A stretch of DNA of 64,000 bases from Candidatus Caldarchaeum sp. (GTDB lineage Archaea > Thermoproteota > Nitrososphaeria_A > Caldarchaeales > Caldarchaeaceae), in the NCBI GenBank assembly GCA_038831915.1, contig JAWBKB010000006.1, positions 17,874-81,873 on the forward strand. Reading direction: 5' to 3'. This document shows positions 27,647 to 37,628 of the stretch, piece by piece. How positions within the stretch are numbered: the stretch's first letter is position 1; every line of letters begins with the position of its first letter. The notes beneath the pieces were generated by a model. It saw only the letters and a program-made list of their open reading frames with translations, was not told the origin of the DNA and made no database searches. Position numbers and translations under genes: made by a program.

Positions 27647-28381
27647 GTGATCGACGTCCACTGCCACTTAACTGAAGAACCTCTCTACACGAACCTCAGC
27701 CAGGTATTAGAGGAATCCCGCAAAGAAAACGTCAGGGCTATCATAACTTCGGGCATAGGTTATGAAGACTGTGTGAAAGTTTTGAACATCATCGACGGCA
27801 TATACGTTTACGCTTCCCTGGGAATTGAGCCCTACGAGCTTGAGGGGTACGAGAAAGTTATATATCTCATCGAGGAAAACGTCAAACGCATCATCGCGGT
27901 CGGCGAAGTCGGGCTTGACTACTACTGGGGAAAAAAAGAAACGCGGGAGTTTCAGAAGAAGGTTTTCCGGGAATTTATCGAGTTGGCGAAAAGCCATGAC
28001 CTACCAATTGTGGTTCATTCACGAAGCGCCGGCCGTTATGCCATAGATGTCCTGATAGAAGCGGGAGCTGAAAAGGTTGTGATGCACGCTTTCGATGGGT
28101 CAGCGTCCGAAGCCGTCCGCGGCGCTTCCAAAGGCTTCCACTTCTCTCTACCGCCGTCTGTCGTAAGGTCGGACCAAAAACAGAAAATGGTGAAACGCCT
28201 CAGCCTCGAGAATTTGCTTCTCGAAAGCGATGCACCTGTTCTCGGGCCCGAAAGAGGTGTCGTCAACAAACCCGCCAACATAAAAATTTCAGCGGAAACA
28301 ATAGCCAGAATCAAGAACATCTCTTTCGACAAAGTCGTGGAAGTTACGAGCGAAAACGCTAAAGCCTTATTCAGGATTTGA
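27647..28381 (+). CDS. tatD: TatD family deoxyribonuclease
   Basis: IDVHCHL, AVGEVGLDY, VVHSR, VMHAF, LLESDAP. Confidence 0.93.
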   Translation: MIDVHCHLTEEPLYTNLSQVLEESRKENVRAIITSGIGYEDCVKVLNIIDGIYVYASLGIEPYELEGYEKVIYLIEENVKRIIAVGEVGLDYYWGKKETREFQKKVFREFIELAKSHDLPIVVHSRSAGRYAIDVLIEAGAEKVVMHAFDGSASEAVRGASKGFHFSLPPSVVRSDQKQKMVKRLSLENLLLESDAPVLGPERGVVNKPANIKISAETIARIKNISFDKVVEVTSENAKALFRI

Positions 28382-28394
28382 AGCTATAGCACGG

Positions 28395-29384
28395 GTGCGA
28401 TGGTTGGCGGAACCCGATTCTCGGAACATTCCGTGGATTGAAAAATACCGACCGCGTAAACTCAACGATATCATCAACCAGGAACACGTGGTGGCGTCGC
28501 TCAAAAACATAGTGAATACGAAGAACGTTCCTCACATGTTGTTTGCTGGCCCTCCCGGCACAGGCAAAACAGCCACTGCCCATGCTTTCGCGCAAGAACT
28601 TTTCGGTCCACGATATGTCGAAGACGGTCATTTCGTCGAAATAAATGCCTCAGACGAAAGAGGCATAGAAACAATCCGTGAAAGAGTCAAAACATATGCA
28701 CGTTCCGTGCCTTTCGGCGGCATCGGATTCAGGATATTGTTGCTGGACGAAAGCGACCAGCTCACCGACGCAGCCCAGCACGCATTCCGAAGAACCATGG
28801 AACAATTCTCTACAACATGCAGGTTCATACTCGCCGCAAACTACAGCAACCGCATCATAGAGCCAATTCAGTCAAGATGCGCTGTTCTGAGGTTTAGGCC
28901 GCTTGGAAAAGAAAACGTGGCCGCCATGGTGGAACGAATCGCGAGGAGCGAAAAATTAACCGTAGATGATGAAGCGATCGACGCCATATATGAATTTTCA
29001 CTCGGAGATATGCGGAAAGCAATAAACATCCTCCAATCGGCCGCAGCTCTATCAAACAAAGTCGATGAGAAAACCGTTTACAGGGTGATGGGCTTGGTTT
29101 ACCGCGGCGAGATAAGACGGATTTTAGAACTCGCCATCGAAGGCAAATTCACTGAGGCGCGCAACCTTCTAAGAGAACTCATCTACGTCCAAGGCTACCA
29201 GGCGCAGGACATCTGCTATTCCATTTCACGGGAAATACTTAACCTCGGCGTCTCCGAAACAGAGAAAGTTAAGCTCTACGAAATGCTGGGTGAAACAGAT
29301 TTTCGGATTGCCGAGGGAGGGACACCGGAAGTTCAGCTTCAAGCATTTCTCGCAAAGCTTGCTCTGTTCAAGAGGCAAGGTTAA
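28395..29384 (+). CDS. rfcS: replication factor C small subunit
   Basis: PWIEKYRP, GPPGTGKT, EINASDERG, LDESD, SRC, GDMRKAIN. No intein. Confidence 0.97.
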   Translation: MRWLAEPDSRNIPWIEKYRPRKLNDIINQEHVVASLKNIVNTKNVPHMLFAGPPGTGKTATAHAFAQELFGPRYVEDGHFVEINASDERGIETIRERVKTYARSVPFGGIGFRILLLDESDQLTDAAQHAFRRTMEQFSTTCRFILAANYSNRIIEPIQSRCAVLRFRPLGKENVAAMVERIARSEKLTVDDEAIDAIYEFSLGDMRKAINILQSAAALSNKVDEKTVYRVMGLVYRGEIRRILELAIEGKFTEARNLLRELIYVQGYQAQDICYSISREILNLGVSETEKVKLYEMLGETDFRIAEGGTPEVQLQAFLAKLALFKRQG

Positions 29385-30613
29385 TGACAGCTCTTTGGAC
29401 TGAAAAATACAGGCCCAAGAAAATCGTCGAAGTGGTTGGCAACAAACAAGCGATAGCTGAGTTTTTAGAATGGATCGATGGATGGCTTCGCAGCAAACCA
29501 TCTAAGAAGGCGGCTCTTCTTTATGGCCCGGCTGGCGTGGGCAAAACTTCTCTCGTCCACGCATACGCCAACGAAAAAAGTTACGAAGTCATCGAAATGA
29601 ATGCAAGCGACTTCCGATCCAAGGAAAACATAGAAAGAATCGTCGGCGCCGCCTCGTCAATTTCCTCTCTAACTACTGCAGCGAAAAAAATAATTTTAGT
29701 AGACGAAGTCGACGGGATTGATGCCAGAGCAGACACTGGAGCAGTTTCAGCCCTCGTGCAAATCATCGACAAAACCAAAGTTCCAATAGTCCTCGTGGCG
29801 AACGACCCCTGGGACCCGCGGCTCGCTCCACTTCGAGAGATAAGCCAGATGATTAAGTTTTCGAAAATTCCGAAGCCATCCATCGCTTCCCATTTGAAAA
29901 AGATTGTGGCCGCTGAAAAAGTGAAAATTTCGGAAGAAGAGCTTCGGAAAGTCGTCGAAAACTCTGACGGTGATTTGCGTTCAGCAATCAATGACCTCCA
30001 GCTCATTTCCTCCGCCGTGGGCCTCGGCCTCGAAACTGGTGAAAGAGACCGTGAGGCTGAAGTTTTCGATGCTTTGGCAAAGGTTTTTCACGCCAAAAGT
30101 TTCTCAGCCGCCCAAGAAGCACTATGGAATCTTGACATGAAGGAATCTGAATTCTTCACATGGGTTGTTGACAACGCGCCGAGCCAGCTTTCACCCCAAG
30201 ACCTAGCCGAGGCATTTGAATATTTGTCAAAGGCAGACCTCTATTTTCAACGCATCAATCGAACTCAGGCATGGCATTATCTTCGGTATGCGATAGCTCT
30301 GATGACGGCGGGCGTAGCCGCTTCGCGTAAAACTACACCAACACGTTACGTCAAATTCAGCTATCCTGAAAGCATTAGGTTTTTGGCGCAAACAAAGTCT
30401 GTTAGGGAGAAGATTGATGAAATTTCCGAAAAAATAGCTGCTAAGCTTCATGTTTCGCGGCGAAAAACAAAAACCGAGATACTGCCGTTTGTAAAGATTA
30501 TTGTCGCCAACGGAGACAAAAAAATGGCCGAATATTTTGGTTTGAGCCGCGAAGATGTTGAATTCCTCAAAACAGGTGAGTCTAGAAAGCAGAGGGCCCG
30601 TGGTTCCGGCTGA
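29384..30613 (+). CDS. rfcL: replication factor C large subunit
   Basis: WTEKYRP, GPAGVGKT, EMNASD, VDEVDG, GDLRSAINDLQ. Confidence 0.95.
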   Translation: MTALWTEKYRPKKIVEVVGNKQAIAEFLEWIDGWLRSKPSKKAALLYGPAGVGKTSLVHAYANEKSYEVIEMNASDFRSKENIERIVGAASSISSLTTAAKKIILVDEVDGIDARADTGAVSALVQIIDKTKVPIVLVANDPWDPRLAPLREISQMIKFSKIPKPSIASHLKKIVAAEKVKISEEELRKVVENSDGDLRSAINDLQLISSAVGLGLETGERDREAEVFDALAKVFHAKSFSAAQEALWNLDMKESEFFTWVVDNAPSQLSPQDLAEAFEYLSKADLYFQRINRTQAWHYLRYAIALMTAGVAASRKTTPTRYVKFSYPESIRFLAQTKSVREKIDEISEKIAAKLHVSRRKTKTEILPFVKIIVANGDKKMAEYFGLSREDVEFLKTGESRKQRARGSG

Positions 30614-31754
30614 AGCCTTTCAGAAGTTCCTGTTCCAGAAGAACAGCTGGGATACCCGGTAGGTAGACGTATGTTTTTCTCCCTTTGGAGCCTTCGCTTC
30701 TCACCGACAAACGTAGGAATCCAAGTTCTTGAAGCTGTTGAAGCGTTTCCCAAAAAGTCGTGTAACCCTTAGCCTCTGACCTAACCTCTTCGCACACGAG
30801 TTTATAGAGTTGGAAAACTTCAGCAGCCGTGACCTGCGTTTTGTTAACTGATAGTGCACGAGCGGCTGCTAGGAGAATGAGTTTTTCATCGCGCGAAAGA
30901 TAGAAAAGGTTTTCCCTGCGGATTGTGGGGTAGACGCTGGCCAAAGCTTTCCTCGCGTGCTCAGCGGTGACTACGTCGCTTCCTTCAGCTTCCGCAAACT
31001 TCCCCGACCTCCAAAGCAGGTCAATCGCGTAACGCGCGTCTTTTCGCTCAGAAGCCGCTTCGGCGAGAAATTCCAGCACCTCATCTGATATGGCGTTTTT
31101 ATAGAAAGCTTCTGAAGCACGGTAGCGGAGAATTTCGAACAACTGCTGTTTATCGTATTCGTTGAGGTGAATGTTGCTCCCACCCATCCCGCTCAAAGTT
31201 TGGATGTCAAGTCGCTCCAGAAAATCTAGTTCACGAAATATGAGTAAAAGGGAAAGCAAGCTTCCTTCCTCGATGTCTTCTCCGCTGCGTGTTAACAAAT
31301 AAATCGGAGCCGCGCCTTCCTCAGCGATTAAAGCCTCAACCTCGTCAAGACAAAGAATTAGCCGAACTTTGTTACTGCTGAGAAAATTAACCAATACTTC
31401 GAGAATTTCTTCGTCTGAGAAACCACGCCGCGGCAAGTCGATGTCCAGCTGCTCAGCTGCTTTCCGCAAAATCGTGTAAAGTGATTTGTGTATCCGGCAG
31501 TTAACATGAAGAAACCGGATTCTTCTGCCTATTTTCTTCGATTTGTCTTCGATAGTTTGGCCAAAAAGTTTGGCGAGGCTTGTTTTACCCGTGCCGACGG
31601 CTCCCGAAAGATAAACACGAACATGAAAAGGCTTGTCGTCGGTCAAAAGAGACGAAAAAAAAGACATGAGAAGCTGCATTTCTCCTTCACGGAAAAGAAG
31701 TTTATCCGGAACATATTCGGGCGATAGTTTTTCTTCATGTTTGAAGACCGGCAT
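30582..31754 (-). CDS. cdc6: Orc1/Cdc6 replication initiation protein
   Basis: LSPEYVP..L.FRE, GAVGTGKT, HVNC, LDEVE, DARYAIDLL, C-terminal wHTH. Start placed at ATG 31754. Confidence 0.93.
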   Translation of the reverse strand: MPVFKHEEKLSPEYVPDKLLFREGEMQLLMSFFSSLLTDDKPFHVRVYLSGAVGTGKTSLAKLFGQTIEDKSKKIGRRIRFLHVNCRIHKSLYTILRKAAEQLDIDLPRRGFSDEEILEVLVNFLSSNKVRLILCLDEVEALIAEEGAAPIYLLTRSGEDIEEGSLLSLLLIFRELDFLERLDIQTLSGMGGSNIHLNEYDKQQLFEILRYRASEAFYKNAISDEVLEFLAEAASERKDARYAIDLLWRSGKFAEAEGSDVVTAEHARKALASVYPTIRRENLFYLSRDEKLILLAAARALSVNKTQVTAAEVFQLYKLVCEEVRSEAKGYTTFWETLQQLQELGFLRLSVRSEGSKGRKTYVYLPGIPAVLLEQELLKGFSRNHGPSAF

Positions 31755-31859
31755 CGTCGTCAAACATGTTGTTTTCCCTGAATAAAAAATGAGAGATGTC
31801 TGAAAGTGGCGAACGCTGCGTGGCAGGTATAAAACACGGCTCACGTCTCTGGATGTGGT

Positions 31860-33095
31860 TTGAATTATTTCCGCGACGCAGTTTCGAAAACATTTTCCTA
31901 CTTCGTCGGAATCGGGCGAAATTCATCTCTATTGATAGCTGGCCAAGCGCTCCTTTCCTTTCAAATGGGAGTTATGGCTCTAGTCTTTCCCATCTATTTC
32001 GCGAAAACCGGTTTGGACGGTGTGCAAATCGGCTTTCTCATAGCCGCGGCCCAGCTTACAGGCGCCGTAGCCTCACTACCATTTGGCATTTACGCCGACA
32101 GGAAAGGCCGTAAAAAATTTGTTTTGCTCGGGTCAGCTTTGTCTGGTGCTTCCTTTATTCTCTATGCGTTAGTTCAAGATTTTGCGCATCTTATTTTGAT
32201 TAGCATAGTTCTAGGAGTAGCTTCTGGCATGGGTTCATCGGCCTTTTCAGCATGGCTTGCTAACTCGGTTTCTTCCGAAAAAAGAAATGCAGTGTTCAGC
32301 CTAAACGCCGCGGTAAGCTCAGCTCTGTTCGTCGTCTCCTCGCTACTGGGAATATTGCCGTCGATGCTTAGAACAGGTTTTGGATTTGGTGAGCTAGATT
32401 CTTACAGGCCTTTGATAGCTTTGCCGGGGTTTCTTGCGTTTGTCGCACTCGTTATCTTTCAACTGGCTGAAGACAAAAAGGTAGTCCAGAACAGACGAAT
32501 GGTGATTTCAAATCAATCGATACAAGTTTTGACAAAATACGGGATTGTCAACTCACTGGTCTCTCTCGGCGCGGGGCTTGTCATACCTCTTTTTTCCTAT
32601 TGGTTTTTTCTGCGTTTCGGCGTTGAGGAGGATGTACTGGCTCCCCTTTTCGGCATCTCCAACCTTATGCTATTATTCTCTTTCCTACTGGCTCCCCGCA
32701 TAGCTGACCGTTTTGGAGCGATTCGGACAATAGTTGCTACTCAGATGAGCTCTACAGCTTTGCTTGTACTCATCCCCTTGTCACCAGATTACACAGTGGT
32801 GAGCGTTCTCTATGTTTTTCGAGCGTTGTTGATGAACATGGCTAACCCGCTCATCACCGCTTTAATACTAAGCGTTATCAACCCGGACGAACGCGCAACC
32901 GCATCCAGCATATCAACCATTACATGGAGTATTCCAAATGCGTTGACAACTCCGCTTGGAGGATATTTGATGGAGAACGTTTCGCTGTCCGCGCCCTTCT
33001 TCCTATGCGGAATACTTTACGCATCGGCCATCACGATGTTCTACTACTTTTTCCGAAAAAGCGTTGCCGGAACAAAATCAGATGACCTCTTATGA
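31860..33095 (+). CDS. MFS transporter
   Basis: About 12 TM segments, motif A GIYADRKGRKK and IADRFG. Confidence 0.9.
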   Translation: MNYFRDAVSKTFSYFVGIGRNSSLLIAGQALLSFQMGVMALVFPIYFAKTGLDGVQIGFLIAAAQLTGAVASLPFGIYADRKGRKKFVLLGSALSGASFILYALVQDFAHLILISIVLGVASGMGSSAFSAWLANSVSSEKRNAVFSLNAAVSSALFVVSSLLGILPSMLRTGFGFGELDSYRPLIALPGFLAFVALVIFQLAEDKKVVQNRRMVISNQSIQVLTKYGIVNSLVSLGAGLVIPLFSYWFFLRFGVEEDVLAPLFGISNLMLLFSFLLAPRIADRFGAIRTIVATQMSSTALLVLIPLSPDYTVVSVLYVFRALLMNMANPLITALILSVINPDERATASSISTITWSIPNALTTPLGGYLMENVSLSAPFFLCGILYASAITMFYYFFRKSVAGTKSDDLL

Positions 33096-34114
33096 TTAAA
33101 GAACGTGGAAAGTTAAAAGACGGAAAAAACAGTTTCGAAAATGGATTGCGTGAAGTTTGGGAAACCGATGACGGAGTCATAGTTGTAGAGCTTGGACATG
33201 ACTTCTCCAAGCCTGTGAGAGCGTTTCTTCTTCCCGAAACAGATGGATATGTACTGGTGGACACGGGCTATGCCGAAACAGCCGAACAACTGCTATTAGC
33301 TATCAAACCATACAGGATAACAAAAATCGTATTGACTCATCTACACATAGACCACGCAGGGGGAGTTGCACTGCTGAAAACAAAGATGAAGACTCCCCTG
33401 TTTTATCATAGAAATGAGTCGATCGCTCTTCGTTATGCGCAAAGAGCCGATGAATGGTTCCCGATAGTTTTCAATGAAGAGGATGTTCCGGCTTTACGTG
33501 ATGCGTTGAAGTTTCTGAGAAACTTTCCAACACCGGATGGTTTTTTGGATGAGAACGTGTTGAAGAGCTGGGTCGTAATCGAAACGCCCGGACATACACC
33601 GGGCCATGTAGTTTTCAGCAACGGACGTGAAGCGGTTATTGGCGACTTGATTCTCAGCGATGACACGTCAAACGTCGCCTATGTTCCCATCCCGGGATAC
33701 CGTCCTCTTTCTAGTTATTTGTCCAGTGTGGTGAAAGTCGCGAAGCTCCACGTTAACAGGTTTCTACCATCGCATGGCTTGTTGTTTGAAACATGCCGAA
33801 ACCGTGTTAAGGAAATCTTCGCCCACCACTATGAAAGACTTTCTCAGACGGCGGCTGCACTTAACGAGGGTCTCAAAACACCTACCGACGTAGCGACTCG
33901 AATAAAATGGTCGAAAGGAAGTTACTATAGTCTGCCGCCGGTAGAGAAATGGCTCGCCCTACTCGAAACACTTTCGCATTTGGATTTCCTCGCCGAAACA
34001 GGCTACGCCGTTAACGAATCAACATTTGTTTACAAAGTTTCCGAAAACCCGGACTGGAAAAGAGTCATGCAATTCATGGAGAAGCTTGCGTCAAATTTCT
34101 GGAGCTCATCGTGA
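33092..34114 (+). CDS. MBL-fold metallo-hydrolase with C-terminal wHTH (LACTB2-like)
   Basis: LVDTG, THLHIDHAGG, TPGHTPGH, GD, PSHG. Confidence 0.88.
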   Translation: MIKERGKLKDGKNSFENGLREVWETDDGVIVVELGHDFSKPVRAFLLPETDGYVLVDTGYAETAEQLLLAIKPYRITKIVLTHLHIDHAGGVALLKTKMKTPLFYHRNESIALRYAQRADEWFPIVFNEEDVPALRDALKFLRNFPTPDGFLDENVLKSWVVIETPGHTPGHVVFSNGREAVIGDLILSDDTSNVAYVPIPGYRPLSSYLSSVVKVAKLHVNRFLPSHGLLFETCRNRVKEIFAHHYERLSQTAAALNEGLKTPTDVATRIKWSKGSYYSLPPVEKWLALLETLSHLDFLAETGYAVNESTFVYKVSENPDWKRVMQFMEKLASNFWSSS

Positions 34115-34151
34115 GCATAAGTATAATATTTCCATCGACGTTCAACCATAT

Positions 34152-34205
34152 GCGATGATGAGTCTGACCAGGCTGAACTATGATAGGGATCTTGAGCTCT
34201 GAGCG
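34152..34205 (+). ncRNA. box C/D methylation guide sRNA
   Basis: Box C ATGATGA (34155-61), guide GTCTGACCAGG, D' CTGA (34173-76), C' ATGATAG (34180-86), guide GGATCTTGAGCT, D CTGA (34199-202). Intergenic, with TATA-like TATAATAT at 34122-29. Confidence 0.8.
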
Positions 34206-34243
34206 GATGAAAAAGTAAAATCAACATTTTCGCAGTTTTTCGC

Positions 34244-34723
34244 ATGCTTGAACAGGAAATTTTCGGAACATTGCTTGCCTCAGTGGTTTTCCTGCTTCTA
34301 ATCGCCCTTCTACGCTACTTTCTCCAACGCAAATTCAGACAGGAGACGCGTAAAGTTTTGTATTTCGCAGTAGTGCTGTTATCGACGGTTTACTTCAGCT
34401 ACATCGCTTATCTCTGGCGGCTTTTCGAATTCGTCGTCGGTGTTCTCGCGACCGCCGGTGCACTTGGTCTTCTCTTCGCTTTGTCGCTCGTACCGTATGT
34501 CAGCGATATTTTCGCTGGGATATCCATCGTGTTAGACCCACGCATCAACGTTGGAAGCGAAGTCGAAATAGATGGGAAACGCGGCGTTATAACTGAAATA
34601 ACTTTGACACGGACAATCATCTCAGGAGATGAATGTCTCATCATGGTGCCGAACAAAAAATTCAGAGACTCGGTAGTGGTGGTGTATTCGACGAAGCCAT
34701 TTGAGAAAGTTTTCAAGACCTAA
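34244..34723 (+). CDS. small mechanosensitive channel (MscS family), short form
   Basis: TM helices, then SDIFAGI.IVLD....GSEVEIDG.RG.I.EI.L..T...VPN. Confidence 0.8.
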   Translation: MLEQEIFGTLLASVVFLLLIALLRYFLQRKFRQETRKVLYFAVVLLSTVYFSYIAYLWRLFEFVVGVLATAGALGLLFALSLVPYVSDIFAGISIVLDPRINVGSEVEIDGKRGVITEITLTRTIISGDECLIMVPNKKFRDSVVVVYSTKPFEKVFKT

Positions 34724-35964
34724 TGCGAAACGGGCTGCTTGTCTTCAAGTACGTCGATTATCTTGTCAAGCTGTGCGGGAACCACGTAGGCTTGGCCGCT
34801 TATCTGTTCGAGAACTTCGTCAACTTTGAACCCGGCTCCAGTGACACAGCAGACCACTTCATCACCGGCGTCGATAACATGTTCTTCCCTCATTTTCTTG
34901 ACCGCGGCCACTGTTATGGCACCGCCCGGTTCCGCGAAGACTCCCGTGAATTTTGCCAGTAACTTGACGGCTTCGACAGTGTCATAGTCATCGACCTTCT
35001 GACATGTTCCACCAGTCTTTCTCGCAACCGATAACGCATAAAGTCCGTCGCCCGGATTTCCGATCGCCAAGCTTTTCACGATGGTTTCCGGTTTTTTCAC
35101 AGGTTTGACTTCAGTCGCTCCTCTTTCAAACGCAGAGGTTATGGGTGAACAACCTGTCGGCTGCACGCCATGAAAAACCGTGTCAAAACAATGCAACGCA
35201 CCGAATTCCGCAAACTCCTTCAAACCTTTGTGCAAAGCACCGAACAACGCGCCGCTCGCCATGGGAACAACTATGTGCTGCGGAGCCCGCCAGCCCAGCG
35301 ACTCAACAATTTCGAACATCATGGTTTTTGACCCCTCGACGTAGAAGGGCCGTAGGTTGACGTTCACGATTCCGACCCGGGCCGAGTCGACGAGCAAATA
35401 CGCGAGACGGTTTACGTCGTCGTATGTTCCGTCGACTAGGACAACTTTTCCGCCGTATATTGATGCCTGTCTGACTTTCGGAAGCTCAACTGTGTCCGGC
35501 ATGAGTACAAATCCTGTTAGACCTGCTGCGGCGGCATGAGCCATAGTGGCTGATGCAAGATTACCCGTCGATGCGCATCCAACAATGTTCAATCCAAATT
35601 CCTTGGCTTTTGAAACAGCCACGGAAGCCGGCCGGTCTTTGAAAGAATACGAAGGGTTGACGGTGTCGTTTTTGATGTACAGGTTTGGGACGCCCAACAC
35701 CTTTCCGAGTTCTTTGGCGTGAATTAGAGGTGTTCCACCGGCTCCGATGTCAACTCGAAACCTTTTGTCAACTGGGAGGAGCTCAGCGTAACGCCAAACA
35801 CCCCGAACAGTGCTGTTTGCTAACCTATTCCGAAGCCCGTCCTCTATGTCTTCATAAACCACATCAAGCGCGTCAAGACATCTGTCGCAGAGGTTTCGAA
35901 GCTCGTTCGGATATTCAAAACCACAACTTCGACACACCAGCTTTAGTTCAAACCACCTTGACAT
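34720..35964 (-). CDS. thrC: threonine synthase
   Basis: N-terminal Cys pairs, GGTPL, NPSYSFKDR (PLP lysine), ASTGN, EGSKT, TGAGFK. Confidence 0.92.
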   Translation of the reverse strand: MSRWFELKLVCRSCGFEYPNELRNLCDRCLDALDVVYEDIEDGLRNRLANSTVRGVWRYAELLPVDKRFRVDIGAGGTPLIHAKELGKVLGVPNLYIKNDTVNPSYSFKDRPASVAVSKAKEFGLNIVGCASTGNLASATMAHAAAAGLTGFVLMPDTVELPKVRQASIYGGKVVLVDGTYDDVNRLAYLLVDSARVGIVNVNLRPFYVEGSKTMMFEIVESLGWRAPQHIVVPMASGALFGALHKGLKEFAEFGALHCFDTVFHGVQPTGCSPITSAFERGATEVKPVKKPETIVKSLAIGNPGDGLYALSVARKTGGTCQKVDDYDTVEAVKLLAKFTGVFAEPGGAITVAAVKKMREEHVIDAGDEVVCCVTGAGFKVDEVLEQISGQAYVVPAQLDKIIDVLEDKQPVSH

Positions 35965-35994
35965 CGGTGGCTCCGGGCTTTTTATAAACCTTAC

Positions 35995-37008
35995 CTACGC
36001 GTTGAGAATCAGCAACAAGTCTTCTTTTCGTATCGTTAGACCGAATCTTTCTTCCCGGCTTTTCATGTATCTATAGCATCTCAGGATAAGTGGAAGGTGT
36101 TTGGTGAAGCTGAGCTCGTTTCTTTGCCGGAGTTTAACCAGTTTATACATGTCGGAAAAAGCCTTAAAGGTCTTGAGAACTTCATCTGCATACTTGTAGG
36201 TGTCTGTTAATGATTGGGCGAAGATTTCAGCACATTCGAGGCTTGGGATGATTCCTTCACCTAGCATTGGAAAAACAGTTCCTATGGATTCTCCTACACC
36301 GACCACTTTCCCCTGAGCGAAGGGAAGGAGATTTTCCGGTGGAGCTAGTCTAACTGATTTTCCGAAACGCGTAAAGGGTTTACCCCCGTACTGTGATAGA
36401 AATTGTTTCACGTTTGTCACGTGGCCGCCTGCAACATGTCCCGCACCGACGTAAACATCCCCGTTTACCAGCGGAAAATACCATAGATAACCAGCGCAGT
36501 TGGGAAATATTTTGACGTAGAAATCTTCGTAGGGCATGCGTCCTTCGTAGCGGACAAGATATTGGAAGCACGGAACGATTTCATCGTTTCTGGGAGGAGG
36601 TAGGAGAGCTCTTGAAATTCCAGTAGCGTCAACTATCAAGTCAAACTTTTTACACAGTTCTTCGACCGTCGGCGTTACTCCGTAAAAAACCTTGTACCCC
36701 TGAGTCATGTTTAACTCCAGACGGGCTTTATCATAGGTGCAGAGGCCTTTCATAGGAATGGAGGAAGATTTTTTGCCGTTGTCAAGAATGAGGTTTTCGC
36801 CGATGTGAAGCACGTAGTCATCAAAATCGACTTCGACAGTGTCCAGAAGCTTTTTTATGTGATTTCGAGAGGTCCCCCAAGCGCAGATGGCTTTAAATGT
36901 TTCACGCCGCTGCCTCTCAAAACCAACCACTTCATGTTCCACTGAAAGACGTCTAACAAGGTACGAACCAGCAACACCGAGCCCTACGACAGCTATTTTC
37001 AATTTCAA
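35995..37008 (-). CDS. FAD-dependent oxidoreductase, geranylgeranyl reductase family
   Basis: VVGLGVAG, VDATG, GYLWYFP, VGESIG.V.P..GEGI. Confidence 0.82.
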   Translation of the reverse strand: MKLKIAVVGLGVAGSYLVRRLSVEHEVVGFERQRRETFKAICAWGTSRNHIKKLLDTVEVDFDDYVLHIGENLILDNGKKSSSIPMKGLCTYDKARLELNMTQGYKVFYGVTPTVEELCKKFDLIVDATGISRALLPPPRNDEIVPCFQYLVRYEGRMPYEDFYVKIFPNCAGYLWYFPLVNGDVYVGAGHVAGGHVTNVKQFLSQYGGKPFTRFGKSVRLAPPENLLPFAQGKVVGVGESIGTVFPMLGEGIIPSLECAEIFAQSLTDTYKYADEVLKTFKAFSDMYKLVKLRQRNELSFTKHLPLILRCYRYMKSREERFGLTIRKEDLLLILNA

Positions 37009-37118
37009 TTGGGAGAATTTCGTCCGGATAAAAATATATTACCCACGTTAACAACCCTGAAATATCGTCGTTTTTTGGCAGACTATGTTTAAGTATGAAT
37101 GACTGGCTGTAAAGTCAG

Positions 37119-37625
37119 ATGTCTAAGCGCGTCACCGAAATATTCGAGGAAAATGCCCTCGACTATCTCCATTCAGTTTCTAAAATCGTTCTCACCACTG
37201 AAATCCCGACGCTCAGTTTCGCTGGAAAAAACTTCGAAGACTTGAAGAGAGGTGTTGTGCTTAACGTCTGGAACTGGGTTGCGGATGTTCTTGTTTCACA
37301 TGGCTTCGCCGAATACGTTTCTAAGCCGTCTCTGTCGACTCAGTTGATGCAGGTAGAATGGCGAGAAAAGACCAACCCATCTGACCTACAGCCTTTGCCG
37401 AAACATTTCTATGCCGAAATGTCCCGCAGTGCAGACGATGAATACATTCAAAAAAGGTTGTTAGATGTTGCGACGATGCGGATGATGAAGGTCATGATGT
37501 TGGCCGCGAAAAGGTTAGAAGGCGATGTTCTTCGCAAGCTCACCCCAGAAGAAGAGGCCCTGTACCGGCTGGTGTTTAAAGTCGTCGACGAATGGATGCG
37601 AGCCGTTGGCTCCAAGAAAGGGTGA
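37119..37625 (+). CDS. GINS complex subunit GINS23 (Psf2/Psf3-like)
   Basis: B-domain VWNWVA..L, E.....LQPLP.HFY, LTPEEE.LY. Directly upstream of mcm. Confidence 0.85.
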   Translation: MSKRVTEIFEENALDYLHSVSKIVLTTEIPTLSFAGKNFEDLKRGVVLNVWNWVADVLVSHGFAEYVSKPSLSTQLMQVEWREKTNPSDLQPLPKHFYAEMSRSADDEYIQKRLLDVATMRMMKVMMLAAKRLEGDVLRKLTPEEEALYRLVFKVVDEWMRAVGSKKG

Positions 37626-37628
37626 TGT

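Noticed and set aside
31755-31860. Replication origin (ORB repeats) next to cdc6
   Set aside because: The gap is only about 105 nt. I see no repeated TCCA..GAAAC/G-string boxes and no AT-rich unwinding element.
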